64,000 nucleotides of DNA from Gammaproteobacteria bacterium (GCA_029268385.1 JAQWPG010000009.1:6077-70076), one strand, 5' to 3'. Shown: positions 10,087-21,639, counted from the stretch's first letter. Program-made: numbers and translations. The notes: a model not told the origin generated them from the letters alone.

Positions 10087-10576
10087 TTTTTAACTCTTTC
10101 TTACTGATGACAATACCATCCTGATCTGCATAAACATATTCTCCAGGATTAAAAGTTACCCCCATAAAATTAAGAGAAACATTGGTATCTCCAAGACCTT
10201 TCTTTACGCTTTTAATTGGTATAGAGGATAGAGCGAATACACCAATATCTATAGTTTCTATTACGTCTGAGTCTCTAATACACCCATTAACAATAATCCC
10301 GGACCAATTGTTCTTGCAAGCAGCCTCTGCAAGCATATCTCCCAGTAATGCGCATTTTAATGACGCATTACCATCGACAACAAGTACCTTATTGCAACCA
10401 TTTGTATTTACGGCTTCCCTTACTTTTGAATTATCATCCTGACACTTAATTGTATGAATTTCACCACAAAATGAGCTAATATTCCCATAGCTTCTAAATT
10501 GTTGATGCATTATTATCAACTCATCACTGTAATCGTCGCATAGGTCTGCAGTCTTAAATATTTTTTTATTTTTCAT
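10079..10576 (-). CDS. rraA: RraA family protein (regulator of RNase E activity A / 4-hydroxy-4-methyl-2-oxoglutarate aldolase-like)
   Basis: 165 aa. ...LCDDYSDE...KVLVVDGNASLKCALLGDMLA...GIIVNGCIRD...NFMGVTFNPGEYVYADQDGIV aligns along the full length with RraA/MenG-like proteins. Confidence 0.85.
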   Translation of the reverse strand: MKNKKIFKTADLCDDYSDELIIMHQQFRSYGNISSFCGEIHTIKCQDDNSKVREAVNTNGCNKVLVVDGNASLKCALLGDMLAEAACKNNWSGIIVNGCIRDSDVIETIDIGVFALSSIPIKSVKKGLGDTNVSLNFMGVTFNPGEYVYADQDGIVISKKELKIS

Positions 10577-10801
10577 ATATATTAATAGTTTATGGTTGTT
10601 ATTTAAATTATTAGTTAAGTAATTTGTCTTGATTAACCTCAGTATATTATATTTCTATCAAAGATATCAAAATTTTTAAGGACTAAAGGCAAATAAATTG
10701 GTAACATACGCTCGCGAAAAGACTCTATATTTCAATAAATATTCGGTTAAATTAAAGAATTAATTTTAAAATATTATTTCTGCATACATCAGGAGACCAA
10801 G

Positions 10802-12106
10802 ATGGATAGAAAAGAACAGATTAAGCAATTAGAAAATGAATGGAAAACAAATCCCAGATGGGCAAATGTAAAAAGAGGCTATACTGCAGAAGATGTTGTA
10901 AGGCTTAGAGGTTCATTTGTACCAGAGTGTAGTTTAGCAAAAAAAGGCGCTGATAAACTATGGTCCTTAGTAAATGGAAGCGCTAAAAAAGGTTATGTAA
11001 ATAGTCTTGGTGCCTTAACAGGTGGACAAGCGATGCAACAAGTCAAAGCAGGTATTGAAGCAATTTATTTATCAGGTTGGCAAGTTGCTGCTGATGCAAA
11101 TACTTCAGAAACAATGTACCCAGACCAATCATTGTATGCATATGATTCTGTGCCAACAGTTGTAAGGAGAATCAATAATAACTTTAAAAGAGCAGATGAA
11201 ATTCAATGGGCAAAAGATATAAATCCTGGGGATAAGGAATATGTAGATTATTTCGCTCCGATCGTTGCCGATGCAGAAGCCGGGTTTGGTGGAGTTTTAA
11301 ATGCTTATGAACTTATGAAAAACATGATAACAAATGGTGCGTCCGGTGTTCATTTTGAAGACCAGCTAGCTGCTGCAAAAAAATGTGGCCATATGGGCGG
11401 TAAAGTTTTAGTTCCTACCCAAGAAGCTGTGCAAAAACTTATTGCTGCAAGACTAGCATCAGATGTTATGGGCGTCCCAACATTGTTGTTAGCTAGAACT
11501 GATGCGGAAGCTGCTAACTTAATTACTTCTGATGCTGATGAATACGATAAACCTTTTTTAACTGGCGAGAGAACAGACGAAGGTTTTTATAGAACAAAAA
11601 ATGGTATAGACCAAGCAATTTCAAGAGGATTAGCTTACGCTCCTTATGCAGATTTAATTTGGTGTGAAACAGGAACACCTGACCTAGAGTTCGCGAGAAC
11701 TTTTGCAGAAGCAATTAGAGCAGAATATCCAGATCAACTACTTGCTTATAACTGTTCACCTTCTTTTAACTGGAAGAAAAATTTAGATGATGCAACTATA
11801 GCTAAATTCCAAGACGAGTTAAGTGCCATGGGATATAAATATCAATTTATTACTTTAGCCGGTATCCATAACATGTGGTACAACATGTTTGACCTAGCGC
11901 ATTCATATGCTGCTGGCGAGGGAATGAAACATTATGTTGAAAAAGTTCAAGAGCCAGAATTTAATGCTGCTGACAAAGGTTATTCGTTTGTAAGTCATCA
12001 ACAAGAAGTTGGGGCTGGTTATTTTGATGACGTTACTACTGTGATCCAAGGTGGAAAATCATCTGTAACAGCTTTAACAGGCTCTACAGAAGAAGAGCAG
12101 TTTTAA
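10802..12106 (+). CDS. aceA: Isocitrate lyase
   Basis: 434 aa with the KKCGHMGGK catalytic loop and an ICL N-terminus ([32 protein letters not shown]). Confidence 0.95.
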   Translation: MDRKEQIKQLENEWKTNPRWANVKRGYTAEDVVRLRGSFVPECSLAKKGADKLWSLVNGSAKKGYVNSLGALTGGQAMQQVKAGIEAIYLSGWQVAADANTSETMYPDQSLYAYDSVPTVVRRINNNFKRADEIQWAKDINPGDKEYVDYFAPIVADAEAGFGGVLNAYELMKNMITNGASGVHFEDQLAAAKKCGHMGGKVLVPTQEAVQKLIAARLASDVMGVPTLLLARTDAEAANLITSDADEYDKPFLTGERTDEGFYRTKNGIDQAISRGLAYAPYADLIWCETGTPDLEFARTFAEAIRAEYPDQLLAYNCSPSFNWKKNLDDATIAKFQDELSAMGYKYQFITLAGIHNMWYNMFDLAHSYAAGEGMKHYVEKVQEPEFNAADKGYSFVSHQQEVGAGYFDDVTTVIQGGKSSVTALTGSTEEEQF

Positions 12107-12137
12107 TAGCTAATAAATAACTTGGAAATATTAAATT

Positions 12138-13463
12138 ATGTTTGATCATATAAAAGTCCCTGACGATGGAAGCAAGATTTATTTTGATGATAAAAATAAT
12201 CTAGTTGTGCCGAATAATCCCATTATCCCTTTTATTGAGGGAGATGGGATTGGTTTTGATATTACCCCAGTGATGCAAAATGTCGTAGATAGCGCTGTAA
12301 AAAAAGCATACAAAGGCGAAAAAAAAATTCATTGGATGGAAGTGTTTGCTGGTGATAAAGCAGTGAAAAAATACGGAAAGCATAATTACCTTCCTCAAGA
12401 AACATTTGATGCAATAGAAAAATTTGTTGTTGCAATAAAAGGACCATTGACTACTCCTGTTGGAGAAGGCTTGCGATCTTTAAATGTTGCAATAAGACAA
12501 GAGATGGATCTTTATGCATGTGTCAGACCAATTAAATACTTTCCAGGAACTAGAACCCCTTTGAAGAGTTCTAGTACAACTGATATGGTAATTTTTAGAG
12601 AAAACACAGAAGATATATATGCTGGAATAGAATGGGCCGCCCAAACAGGTGAAGTTAAAAAAGTTTTAGACTTTCTTATTAAAGAAATGAAAGTAACAGG
12701 AATTAGGTTTCCAAACACATCTGGCATAGGAATTAAGCCGGTTTCAAAAGAAGGATCAGAGAGACTAATTCGAAAAGCTATTCAATATGCAATTGATAAT
12801 AATAGAAGATCTGTATCATTAGTTCATAAAGGTAATATTATGAAATTTACTGAGGGGGCTTTTAGAAATTGGGGTTATGAATTAGCTACAAATGAATTTA
12901 GTGGAGAAGAAATAGATAATGGGCCATGGTGTAAAGTAATTAACCCAAATAATGGAAACGAAATAATCATAAAAGATGTAATAGCAGATAATTTTTTACA
13001 ACAAATTCTTTTGAGACCAGAAGAATATGATGTTATTGCAACATTAAATCTGAACGGTGATTATATTTCAGATGCCTTAGCAGCTCAGGTTGGTGGTATA
13101 GGTATTGCTCCTGGAGCAAACATATCAGATAAAGTTGCAGTTTTTGAAGCAACTCATGGGTCTGCACCAAAATACGCAGGAAAAAATAGAGTTAACCCAG
13201 GATCAATAATCCTTTCAGCCGAGATGATGTTACGTTATATAGGTTGGAATGAAGCTGCTGATAATGTTATGAATGGAGTTGCTCAAGCAATAGCAAATAA
13301 AACTGTAACATATGATTTAGCTAGAGTAAGAGCCGGCATGCAAACACTTGTAAAAAAACATGAGCATGGTCAGGAAATCGTAAAAGAGCTTGAGGAATTG
13401 ATGCCTGGAGCAACATTAGTAACATGTAGTGGATTTGGCGATGCTATTATAGACTGCATGTAA
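12138..13463 (+). CDS. icd: Isocitrate dehydrogenase (NADP-dependent, homodimeric Icd type)
   Basis: 441 aa with ...[15 protein letters not shown]...[33 protein letters not shown]...[26 protein letters not shown]..., the classical Icd signatures. Confidence 0.95.
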   Translation: MFDHIKVPDDGSKIYFDDKNNLVVPNNPIIPFIEGDGIGFDITPVMQNVVDSAVKKAYKGEKKIHWMEVFAGDKAVKKYGKHNYLPQETFDAIEKFVVAIKGPLTTPVGEGLRSLNVAIRQEMDLYACVRPIKYFPGTRTPLKSSSTTDMVIFRENTEDIYAGIEWAAQTGEVKKVLDFLIKEMKVTGIRFPNTSGIGIKPVSKEGSERLIRKAIQYAIDNNRRSVSLVHKGNIMKFTEGAFRNWGYELATNEFSGEEIDNGPWCKVINPNNGNEIIIKDVIADNFLQQILLRPEEYDVIATLNLNGDYISDALAAQVGGIGIAPGANISDKVAVFEATHGSAPKYAGKNRVNPGSIILSAEMMLRYIGWNEAADNVMNGVAQAIANKTVTYDLARVRAGMQTLVKKHEHGQEIVKELEELMPGATLVTCSGFGDAIIDCM

Positions 13464-13473
13464 AAAAGAAATT

Positions 13474-13809
13474 ATGAGTCAAACTTTTAAAATAATCTAC
13501 TTTAATCATAATTCAGTTTATGAAATATACTCAAAAGAAGTGTATCAATCAGATATGTATGGTTTTATAGTTGTTGAAAATTTAGTTTTTGGCGAAAATA
13601 CAAGTCTTGTTGTAGATCCTAGTGAAGAGAAATTAAAAACTGAATTTAAAAACGTAAAAAGATTTTTTATTCCAGCCCACAACATAATTCGTATAGATGA
13701 GGTTGAAAAAGAGGGTGTTTCAAAAATAACTACAGCAGATGGAAATATCAAGCATTTCCCATCAGGTAATTTTACTATTCCTCCTAGTTCAAATAACACT
13801 GACAGCTAA
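13474..13809 (+). CDS. Hypothetical protein (111 aa), no recognisable family
   Basis: Intact ORF with AT-rich codon usage matching its neighbours. No signal peptide and no motif I can assign. Confidence 0.4.
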   Translation: MSQTFKIIYFNHNSVYEIYSKEVYQSDMYGFIVVENLVFGENTSLVVDPSEEKLKTEFKNVKRFFIPAHNIIRIDEVEKEGVSKITTADGNIKHFPSGNFTIPPSSNNTDS

Positions 13810-13873
13810 AGGCGTATAAGTTTATCAAAAATAAGAAGTTCTTTTATTTTATGTTAGAATTATAAATTCTTAC

Positions 13874-13960
13874 GGAGAGGTGTCAGAGTGGTCTATCGTG
13901 CTACCTTGGAAAGGTAGTGTTGAGTCAAATCAACCGTGGGTTCGAATCCCTCCCTCTCCG
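13874..13960 (+). tRNA. tRNA-Ser (anticodon GGA)
   Basis: GGAGAGG acceptor stem pairs with CCTCTCC. Anticodon stem CTACC/GGTAG with loop TTGGAAA. Long variable arm, T-arm GGTTCGAATCC, discriminator G. CCA is not encoded. Confidence 0.85.
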
Positions 13961-13980
13961 CAGACCACATTAAAGAAATT

Positions 13981-14427
13981 ATGGATGAAAAAAAGATTAA
14001 GCTACAAAAGTCAATACGAAGCAGCCTAGCAAAACAAGCTGTTGACTTCTTAGTGCCATATATAAGTTCTGTAGTAAACATTCTAACATCAAAAGAATTT
14101 AATGCTTTTGAAGTAAAAACTGAGTTAAAAAAACTAAAAATAAAAAATATAAGAACAAAAGAGAATCAAATTGAGGCGCAAGTAAGAATTTTAGATTTTA
14201 GAATTTATATTTTATATGCAGGTGTTAGGAATTATATTTTTAAAGTTGAAGGGTTGGATCATTATGCAGGATTTTCTTTTATGGAGACAAATAAAGGTAT
14301 GATAGTTCATGATAACGTAGTTGATAATCCAAAATTACTTGCAAAAGATTTAAAAAACTTATTCTCAAAAAATTATAAAAGTCCTTACCCAGTAACTGAT
14401 ATTTTTTTAAATTTCATTAACTCATAA
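13981..14427 (+). CDS. Hypothetical protein (about 148 aa)
   Basis: ATG at 13981 just 3' of the tRNA. The ORF-track start at 13936 would lie inside the tRNA and is rejected. Lys- and Glu-rich, no recognisable family. Confidence 0.4.
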   Translation: MDEKKIKLQKSIRSSLAKQAVDFLVPYISSVVNILTSKEFNAFEVKTELKKLKIKNIRTKENQIEAQVRILDFRIYILYAGVRNYIFKVEGLDHYAGFSFMETNKGMIVHDNVVDNPKLLAKDLKNLFSKNYKSPYPVTDIFLNFINS

Positions 14428-14451
14428 TCTTTTGAGAATAGATAAATATTA

Positions 14452-15372
14452 ATGGATATTTTTTTTTCAATACTTTATAAAATTTTGCCTTTATATATAT
14501 TTGTTATTATAGGATTTATAGGTGGAAGATTTTTAGATATTGATGCAAAAGGAATAGGAAAATTAATAATTTATATAATTGCTCCATTTGTAATATTTGA
14601 AGCAATAACACACTCAAGCTTATCTTTGAGTACATTCATATTGCCTTTGATAGCTTTTTTATTATGTTCTTTTATCGCATTTATATTTTATAAATACGGA
14701 AAGCTTATATACGGTGATGCTAGAGCAAATGTATTAGCTATAGTTTCAGCGGAAGGTAACACTGGATATTTTGGTATTCCAATAGCGTTACTACTTTTTA
14801 ATCAGAGTATTTTTGGTATTTATATTTTGGGTACGCTTGGGGTAACAATATTTGAAAATACGGTGGTATATTATTTAACAGCAAGAGGAAGATACACCGT
14901 AAGTGAGTCTCTTGGTAGATTAAAAAAGCTCCCGGCTATATATGCATTTATTTTTGCAATAATATTTCTGTATTTTGACTTAAAACTTCCAAATTCACTT
15001 GATAATTTCGTCAGCAATATGCAAGGAGCATATGTAGTTTTGGGAATGATGTTGATAGGTTTTGGGATTTCTAAAATTAACAATTTCTCTTTTGACTACA
15101 AATTTATAGCTTTATCATTTTTAGGAAAGTTTATATTATGGCCAATATCTATGATGATATTAATACTTTTAGACCAGTATTTTTTTCATATTTATGATAA
15201 ACAAATTTATAAAGCTTTTGTTTTATTATCTATAGTTCCAATAGCAGCTAATACAGTCATATTTGCTACTGTACTTAATGTGCATCCAGAAAAAGTTTCT
15301 TCTGCTGTGCTTTTTTCTACAATTTTTGGCTTGATATATGTCCCAATTATAATTGTATTTTTATTCAAATAA
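14452..15372 (+). CDS. AEC (auxin efflux carrier) family transporter
   Basis: 306 aa with 10 predicted TM segments. N-terminus MDIFFSILYKILPLYIFVIIGFIGGRF and a two-half repeat architecture typical of the AEC/malate-permease family. Confidence 0.7.
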   Translation: MDIFFSILYKILPLYIFVIIGFIGGRFLDIDAKGIGKLIIYIIAPFVIFEAITHSSLSLSTFILPLIAFLLCSFIAFIFYKYGKLIYGDARANVLAIVSAEGNTGYFGIPIALLLFNQSIFGIYILGTLGVTIFENTVVYYLTARGRYTVSESLGRLKKLPAIYAFIFAIIFLYFDLKLPNSLDNFVSNMQGAYVVLGMMLIGFGISKINNFSFDYKFIALSFLGKFILWPISMMILILLDQYFFHIYDKQIYKAFVLLSIVPIAANTVIFATVLNVHPEKVSSAVLFSTIFGLIYVPIIIVFLFK

Positions 15373-15413
15373 TCTGCTAATTAGAATCATATTTGTGATA
15401 GCATAATTTCAAT

Positions 15414-17006
15414 ATGAGTAATACTGTACTAGCAACAAAATGGCGTCCAAAATTATTTTCTGACCTTATTGGTCAAGACCCAGTGGTTACTGCGCTTGAA
15501 AATAGTTTGGACAACCAAAGACTCCATCATTCCTATTTATTCACAGGAACTAGAGGGGTAGGGAAAACGACCTTAGCAAGAATATTAGCGAAGTGCCTAA
15601 ATTGCGAAACAAACAATATAAGCTCAAAACCTTGTGGTGACTGCTCAAGTTGTATATCTATAGATTTAGGACAATTCGTAGACCTGTATGAAGTTGATGC
15701 AGCCTCAAGAACAAAGGTAGAAGACACAAGAGAGCTGTTAGAGAATGTTCAGTATATGCCTACCCAAGGCAGGTACAAAATATATCTTATTGATGAAGTT
15801 CATATGCTTTCGACACATAGTTTTAATGCGCTTTTAAAAACTCTTGAAGAGCCGCCAGAGCATGTTAAATTTATATTAGCTACTACAGACCCTCAAAAAA
15901 TTCCAAGCACAATATTATCAAGATGTTTGCATTTTAGCTTAAATAGAATAACTCCAGAAACGATCAAAACACAATTGGAAAATGTATTAAAAAAAGAAAA
16001 TATTACTTTTGAAGAGGACGCGATAAAAAATATATCAAAGATTGCTGATGGCAGTATGCGAGATGCATTAAGTATAGCAGAACAATGTATCTCTCACGGA
16101 GATAATAAAATTACTTATAACAATATATGTAAAATACTTTGTTTAATGCCAGTAGAAAATATAAATCAAATAGTATCAATGATAATAAATGAAAATACTG
16201 ACAAACTATTAGCAGACGTAGAAAAAATGTATTACCAGTCAGCAGACTTTAAATATATTTTAGAAGAATTAATATCAATTTTTCATCAAACAGCAATCTT
16301 TAAAATTACAAATAATTTAAATGATAGTGTTTATGCTGAAAGCATCAAGAATTTATCACAAAAGTATAATGAAGAAGAGATTCAAATTTTATATCAAATA
16401 GGGGTTACTAATTTAAGAGATATAGAGCTTGCACCAGATTATAAGAGCGGGTTTGAAATGGCATTAGTCAGGATGATTTTATTTACACCCTTCAAGTTTG
16501 ATAATAATCTCAAGGTTGATAAAAATGAAGATAAGGTAAAAAGCCGAGAACTAGAAAATGACAGATCAATACCTAAAAAAAAAATCTTAGAAAAGAATAA
16601 CGAGCCTAGTAATGAAACTTTGTCATTAGAAAAAAATTGGGACATTATAGTAAAAAGACTTGATGCAGACTCAATTACAAAAAATTTAGCAAATAATATA
16701 AGTTTTGAATCAAAGAATGATAATATTTTGAATTTTTTAATTTCAGAAAGCCTTTTAAGCGTTGCTACAGAAAAATCAAAGAGTAAGCTTCAGGAAGCTT
16801 TATCAAATTATTTTAAAAAGACCATAAATATAAAAATTATAGTATCAGATACAGAGCTTTTAACTCTTCATAAAAAGAATGAAGAAGAATATAATAATAA
16901 AATAATTGATGCAGATGAGAAGATTGAGAGTGATAATTTTATAAAAACTATAAAAGAAAAATTTAATGCAACTACAGTAAAAAATTCTATTCAAATTAAA
17001 GACTAA
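15414..17006 (+). CDS. dnaX: DNA polymerase III subunit gamma/tau
   Basis: 530 aa. ...LIGQDPVVTALENSLDNQRLHHSYLFTGTRGVGKTTLARILAKCLNCE...CGDCSSC... is the AAA+ clamp-loader N-terminus with a zinc module. Confidence 0.9.
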   Translation: MSNTVLATKWRPKLFSDLIGQDPVVTALENSLDNQRLHHSYLFTGTRGVGKTTLARILAKCLNCETNNISSKPCGDCSSCISIDLGQFVDLYEVDAASRTKVEDTRELLENVQYMPTQGRYKIYLIDEVHMLSTHSFNALLKTLEEPPEHVKFILATTDPQKIPSTILSRCLHFSLNRITPETIKTQLENVLKKENITFEEDAIKNISKIADGSMRDALSIAEQCISHGDNKITYNNICKILCLMPVENINQIVSMIINENTDKLLADVEKMYYQSADFKYILEELISIFHQTAIFKITNNLNDSVYAESIKNLSQKYNEEEIQILYQIGVTNLRDIELAPDYKSGFEMALVRMILFTPFKFDNNLKVDKNEDKVKSRELENDRSIPKKKILEKNNEPSNETLSLEKNWDIIVKRLDADSITKNLANNISFESKNDNILNFLISESLLSVATEKSKSKLQEALSNYFKKTINIKIIVSDTELLTLHKKNEEEYNNKIIDADEKIESDNFIKTIKEKFNATTVKNSIQIKD

Positions 17007-17020
17007 AGAAGGAGAAAAAT

Positions 17021-17353
17021 ATGCTTAAAGGACTTGGTGGTATGGGTGACATGATGGGCTTAATGAAACAAGCTCAAAAAATGAAAAAGGACATGAAAAA
17101 ATTAAAAAAAGAAATATCTAAAACAAATATAACTGTATCTGATAAAAATAATATGTTAACCGTTGTGATGAATGGAGACCACGTCCTTCAAAAAATTAAT
17201 TTTTCAAATGACTTTGAATATTCTAATATAAAAAATATTGAGGCTCTTATAAAAGATGTTGTTAATAAAGCCTCTAAAGAGGTTGACAAGATGTCTTCTG
17301 ACAAAATGTCAGTTTTATCAAAACAGGGCTTGCCTTCAGATTTGCCGTTTTAA
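17021..17353 (+). CDS. ybaB: Nucleoid-associated protein YbaB/EbfC
   Basis: 110 aa. MLKGLGGMGDMMGLMKQAQKMKKDMKKLKKEI... and its position between dnaX and recR match YbaB. Confidence 0.85.
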   Translation: MLKGLGGMGDMMGLMKQAQKMKKDMKKLKKEISKTNITVSDKNNMLTVVMNGDHVLQKINFSNDFEYSNIKNIEALIKDVVNKASKEVDKMSSDKMSVLSKQGLPSDLPF

Positions 17354-17357
17354 GATA

Positions 17358-17957
17358 ATGCCAAAGAGCAAAACATTAATCAATGATTTAATAGAAGCCC
17401 TAACATGTTTGCCAGGTGTAGGAAAAAAAACAGCGCAGAGAATGACTTATCATCTTTTGCAAAGAGCCAAAAAAGATGCATTAAATTTATCTGACGTTTT
17501 AAAAGATGTTGTAACAAATACAAAGAATTGTAAATTATGTAGAAACCTGTCCCAAGATGATGTCTGTGATTTATGTTCAGATGATGGGAGAAGAAATGAT
17601 ATGTTATGTATTGTTGAGAGTCCAGCAGATGTTTTTAATATTGAAAATAGTACAAATTACACTGGTAAGTATTTTGTTTTATTGGGCAAGCTATCGCCAT
17701 TAGATGGTATCGGTCCTAAAGAAATTGGACTGGACTCTTTAGAAGCCAAAATTTCATCAGGTTCTATAAATGAATTAATTCTTGCTGTTAACTATACTGT
17801 TGAAAGTGATGTTACAGCTCATGTTATTAGTGAGATTGCCTTAAAAAATTCTGTCAAGGTTACAAGACTAGCGCAGGGTGTTCCAGTTGGCGGAGAGCTT
17901 GAATACCTCGACCAATATACTTTATCTAAAGCTTTTGATAAAAGAACAATATATTAA
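17358..17957 (+). CDS. recR: Recombination protein RecR
   Basis: ATG at 17358. ...LINDLIEALTCLPGVGKKTAQRMTYHLLQ... carries the helix-hairpin-helix, the C4 zinc finger (CKLCRNLSQDDVCDLC) and a Toprim domain. Confidence 0.9.
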   Translation: MPKSKTLINDLIEALTCLPGVGKKTAQRMTYHLLQRAKKDALNLSDVLKDVVTNTKNCKLCRNLSQDDVCDLCSDDGRRNDMLCIVESPADVFNIENSTNYTGKYFVLLGKLSPLDGIGPKEIGLDSLEAKISSGSINELILAVNYTVESDVTAHVISEIALKNSVKVTRLAQGVPVGGELEYLDQYTLSKAFDKRTIY

Positions 17958-17998
17958 TTTAAACAGAAATATAATAATCAATGTGATATGTTAGCCCT

Positions 17999-18544
17999 AT
18001 GAAAAAGAATTCAAAAAATTTAATATGGATTGATTTAGAAATGACAGGGCTTGATACTTTTAATGATAAGATTATTGAAATAGCAACCATTGTTACAGAT
18101 AAAGATCTTAATATTTTAGAGGAAGGGCCTGTTATTGCTATCAACACCCCCCAAGAAGCTCTTGATGCTATGGATGAGTGGAATACAAACCAACATAATA
18201 AATCAGGACTCGTTGAAAGGATTTTAAAAAGTAGTTATTCATATCTAGATGCGCAAGAGATCACAATAGAGTTTTTACAAAAATACGTTGATCACAACAA
18301 GTCTCCTATGTGCGGAAGTGGAATATGTCAAGATAGAAGGTTTTTAGCAAGATTAATGCCCGATTTAGAAAATTTCTTTCATTATAGAAATCTTGATGTT
18401 AGTACTATAAAAGAGCTTGTGAATAGATGGTACCCAAATGTAAAGTTTAGAAAAGACCCTCAACATCTTGCTTTGCAGGACATCAAAGACTCTATAGAGG
18501 AGCTAAATTTTTATAAAAAAACTATTTTTCTTGATATAACTTAA
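17999..18544 (+). CDS. orn: Oligoribonuclease
   Basis: 181 aa. [12 protein letters not shown]...[10 protein letters not shown]... is the DEDDh exonuclease signature. Confidence 0.9.
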   Translation: MKKNSKNLIWIDLEMTGLDTFNDKIIEIATIVTDKDLNILEEGPVIAINTPQEALDAMDEWNTNQHNKSGLVERILKSSYSYLDAQEITIEFLQKYVDHNKSPMCGSGICQDRRFLARLMPDLENFFHYRNLDVSTIKELVNRWYPNVKFRKDPQHLALQDIKDSIEELNFYKKTIFLDIT

Positions 18545-20060
18545 TATTATTTTTAATATTTGTATTTATTATTGTGTCTAACGCTTTTTTGTTTGTATTA
18601 GGGTAGTCAAGATTGTAATGAAGGCCTCTACTCTCTTTTCTTGATAATGCAGATGTAATAATTATTTCTGCAATATATACAAGATTTCTAAGCTCTATAA
18701 GATCACTCGATATAACATTTTTACTAAAACACTCTTCTATTTCTTTTTTATACATTGATACTCTTATTTTAGCTTTAAGTAACCTTTCGTCAGTTCTTAC
18801 TATGCCAACATAATTCCACATCAGTGTTCTAATTTCTTCCCACGAATGCTTAATTATTACTTCTTCACTTACCTTTTTATTTTTATTATTCTCTAAATCA
18901 TTATATATATCTATGTGCTCTTCGTTTTTACATTTATTAATATCTTCTAAAACTTTCCTTGAAAAAAATATACACTCAAGCAGAGAATTACTTGCCATTC
19001 TGTTAGCGCCATGTAACCCCGAATGTGCTACTTCTCCTATAGCGTATAAATTTTTAATATTCGTTCTAGCATTTATATCAATATTAATGCCGCCGCAAGT
19101 ATAATGAGTTGCTGGAACAACTGGTATTGCATTTTTGGTAATATCAATATTAAATTTTAAACATTTTTCATAAATATTTGGGAACCTCTTTTTAACAAAA
19201 GAGCTTTTTTTATGAGAAATATCTAAAAGCACATAATCGAGTCCATGTATTTTCATCTCGCTATCTATAGCTCTCGCTACTATATCTCTTGGCGCTAAAA
19301 CACCTCGAGAATCGTATTTATGCATAAAAGGTTTGCCGTTAGGTAATAATAATTGACCTCCTTCTCCGCGTACTGACTCGCTCACAAGAAATGATTTTGC
19401 TTTTTGGTGAAAAAGACAAGTGGGGTGAAATTGCATAAATTCCATATTTGTAATATCGCAGCCAGCTCTATAAGCCATTGCAATACCGTCACCAGATGAA
19501 GTATCAGGATTACTTGTGTAAAGATAAACTTTATTTGCACCACCTGTTGCAAGAACAATAAATTTAGCCTGAAAAACACTTATGAGATTATTTTTTTTAT
19601 TAAGCACATAAGAGCCAATGCATTTCTTTTTGTTTGTTTCTTTTTCATTTGACGTAATTAAATCTATAGCAACGTGATGTGTAAATAGCTTAATATTCGA
19701 CTGTTCCTTTACTTTCTTAATTAGGCTGTCTTGGATAGCTTCACCAGTTTTGTCAGCAGCATGCACAATTCTAGGATATGTATGACCACCTTCTTTCGTT
19801 AAGTGTAATTTACTATGCTTGTTTGATTCATTTTTTGTAAATTCGACGCCTTGTTTTAATAGCCAGCTAATTATATCTTTGGATTCCTTGGCTACTGACT
19901 TTACAATGTCTTCTTTGCATAGTCCTGCTCCAGCTTCCATTGTGTCTTCAACATGCTGATCTATAGAATCAATTTTGCTTAGTACTGCAGAAATACCACC
20001 CTGAGCATAATAAGTACTGCCTTCATGCAGTTCTGTTTTTGAAATTAAGCCTACTGACAT
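18522..20060 (-). CDS. nadB: L-aspartate oxidase
   Basis: 512 aa with an FAD-binding N-terminus (DVLIIGSGAAG) and ...YAQGGISAV...RGEGG..., the fumarate-reductase/L-Asp-oxidase fold. Confidence 0.9.
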   Translation of the reverse strand: MSVGLISKTELHEGSTYYAQGGISAVLSKIDSIDQHVEDTMEAGAGLCKEDIVKSVAKESKDIISWLLKQGVEFTKNESNKHSKLHLTKEGGHTYPRIVHAADKTGEAIQDSLIKKVKEQSNIKLFTHHVAIDLITSNEKETNKKKCIGSYVLNKKNNLISVFQAKFIVLATGGANKVYLYTSNPDTSSGDGIAMAYRAGCDITNMEFMQFHPTCLFHQKAKSFLVSESVRGEGGQLLLPNGKPFMHKYDSRGVLAPRDIVARAIDSEMKIHGLDYVLLDISHKKSSFVKKRFPNIYEKCLKFNIDITKNAIPVVPATHYTCGGINIDINARTNIKNLYAIGEVAHSGLHGANRMASNSLLECIFFSRKVLEDINKCKNEEHIDIYNDLENNKNKKVSEEVIIKHSWEEIRTLMWNYVGIVRTDERLLKAKIRVSMYKKEIEECFSKNVISSDLIELRNLVYIAEIIITSALSRKESRGLHYNLDYPNTNKKALDTIINTNIKNNIKLYQEK

Positions 20061-20217
20061 GGTTTTTGGTAATTGTAGAGCAAGACTGTTTCCGGCAGCT
20101 CCACTGCCAATAATTAGGACATCAAAAATGTTTTTATTTTCAACTTGTTTTAAAATTTTGCCTGACCTTTGTGGTAGAATAGATACAATCTAATACAAAA
20201 AATGAACTAAGGCAAAT

Positions 20218-21639
20218 ATGAAAATTCTAATTAAATATATTCTTAACTTGACATTATTTTCTTCTGTATTAATTAATTCTGTAATGGCAAATAGTGTTGA
20301 ATTACCTGACTTTACGAAGTTAGTTGAAGACAATAAGGCTAGCATTGTTAATATAAGTACTGTAAGAAAAAAAAATAACTCCAATAGTGTTAACCCAGAT
20401 ATACAAAACGAAGAATTAAATGACTTTTTGAAAAAGTTTTTTGGAGATAAGGGCTTCGAGGAGCCTAATAAGAAAAAACCAAAAAGATCGCAATCCATGG
20501 GTTCAGGTTTTGTATACTCTTCTAATGGATATATCATTACCAACCATCATGTTATTGCGGATGCTGATCAGATAATAGTTAAGCTAAATGACAAAAGAGA
20601 ACTTGATGCAAAACTTATTGGATCTGACCCATCTAGTGATATTGCTTTGTTAAAAATAAAAGCAAAAAATTTAAAACCCGTAAAGATAGGTAAGTCTGAA
20701 AATGTAAAAGTTGGGCAATGGGTTTTAGCAATAGGCTCACCCTTTGGTTTTGAAAGTACGGTTACAGCAGGTATTGTTAGCGCTATTGGAAGAAGTCTAC
20801 CCAATGATAATTATGTGCCTTTTATTCAGACAGACGTTGCAATTAATCCAGGCAATTCCGGAGGACCATTGTTTAATTTAAATGGTGAAGTAATAGGTAT
20901 AAATGCCCAGATTTTTAGTAGATCAGGTGGATTTATGGGCCTATCATTCGCGATACCTATGGATGTAGCAGATAATGTTGTTACGCAAATTAAAAAATCT
21001 GGGAAGGTTTCAAGAGGATGGCTTGGCGTATATATTCAAGAAGTCACAAATAACTTAGCAAAATCATTTGGTATGAAGAATCCATCTGGGGCGCTAATAT
21101 CTAAAATAATATCAGGAGGGCCAGCATCAAAATCAGACTTAAAAGTAGGCGACATAATATTAAAATTTGATAATAAAAAAATTGATACATCTTCATCATT
21201 GCCTCCAATAGTTGGTAACACAAGAGTTGGAAAAAATGTAAATATTGAAATACTTCGAAATGGAAATAGAAAAAAAATTAAGTTTAAAGTTGAAGAACTT
21301 CCTGTTCAAACAGCAAGTAAAAATATAAAAAAAAATAATCCTAAAAAAATATCAAAAAATATTTTAGGTATGACAATTGAAAATATGTCAGATGAAGATC
21401 GTAAAATTTTAGGTATTGATAATGACCTTGGTGTTAAGGTTAGAGAAGTCTCGGGAAATCCCGCTTACGAATCAGGTTTGCTAAAAAATGATATTATATA
21501 TCAAATATCTGGAAAAAATGTCATGAACGTTAAGCAATTTGAGGGCATTATTAAAAAAATGAAAAAAGGAGATTTCGCCTCGTTATTAGTAAGAAGGTCT
21601 CAAGGAAATTCAATTTATCTTGCTATTAAAATAGAGTAA
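20218..21639 (+). CDS. Periplasmic serine endoprotease of the DegP/HtrA family (two PDZ domains)
   Basis: 473 aa. Signal peptide, trypsin-like core with catalytic GNSGGPL, then two PDZ repeats. Confidence 0.85.
   Translation: MKILIKYILNLTLFSSVLINSVMANSVELPDFTKLVEDNKASIVNISTVRKKNNSNSVNPDIQNEELNDFLKKFFGDKGFEEPNKKKPKRSQSMGSGFVYSSNGYIITNHHVIADADQIIVKLNDKRELDAKLIGSDPSSDIALLKIKAKNLKPVKIGKSENVKVGQWVLAIGSPFGFESTVTAGIVSAIGRSLPNDNYVPFIQTDVAINPGNSGGPLFNLNGEVIGINAQIFSRSGGFMGLSFAIPMDVADNVVTQIKKSGKVSRGWLGVYIQEVTNNLAKSFGMKNPSGALISKIISGGPASKSDLKVGDIILKFDNKKIDTSSSLPPIVGNTRVGKNVNIEILRNGNRKKIKFKVEELPVQTASKNIKKNNPKKISKNILGMTIENMSDEDRKILGIDNDLGVKVREVSGNPAYESGLLKNDIIYQISGKNVMNVKQFEGIIKKMKKGDFASLLVRRSQGNSIYLAIKIE

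Noticed and set aside
13936-13980. ORF-track start (GTG 13936) for the hypothetical protein
   Set aside because: It would be translated from inside tRNA-Ser(GGA). The ATG at 13981 is the plausible start.
13860-14000. Integrated element or prophage at tRNA-Ser
   Set aside because: No integrase, no duplicated tRNA 3' segment, and composition is identical to the flanks.
20190-20543. 117-aa minus-strand ORF overlapping the 5' end of the HtrA-family gene
   Set aside because: Antisense shadow ORF of a well-supported protease gene with low-complexity sequence.
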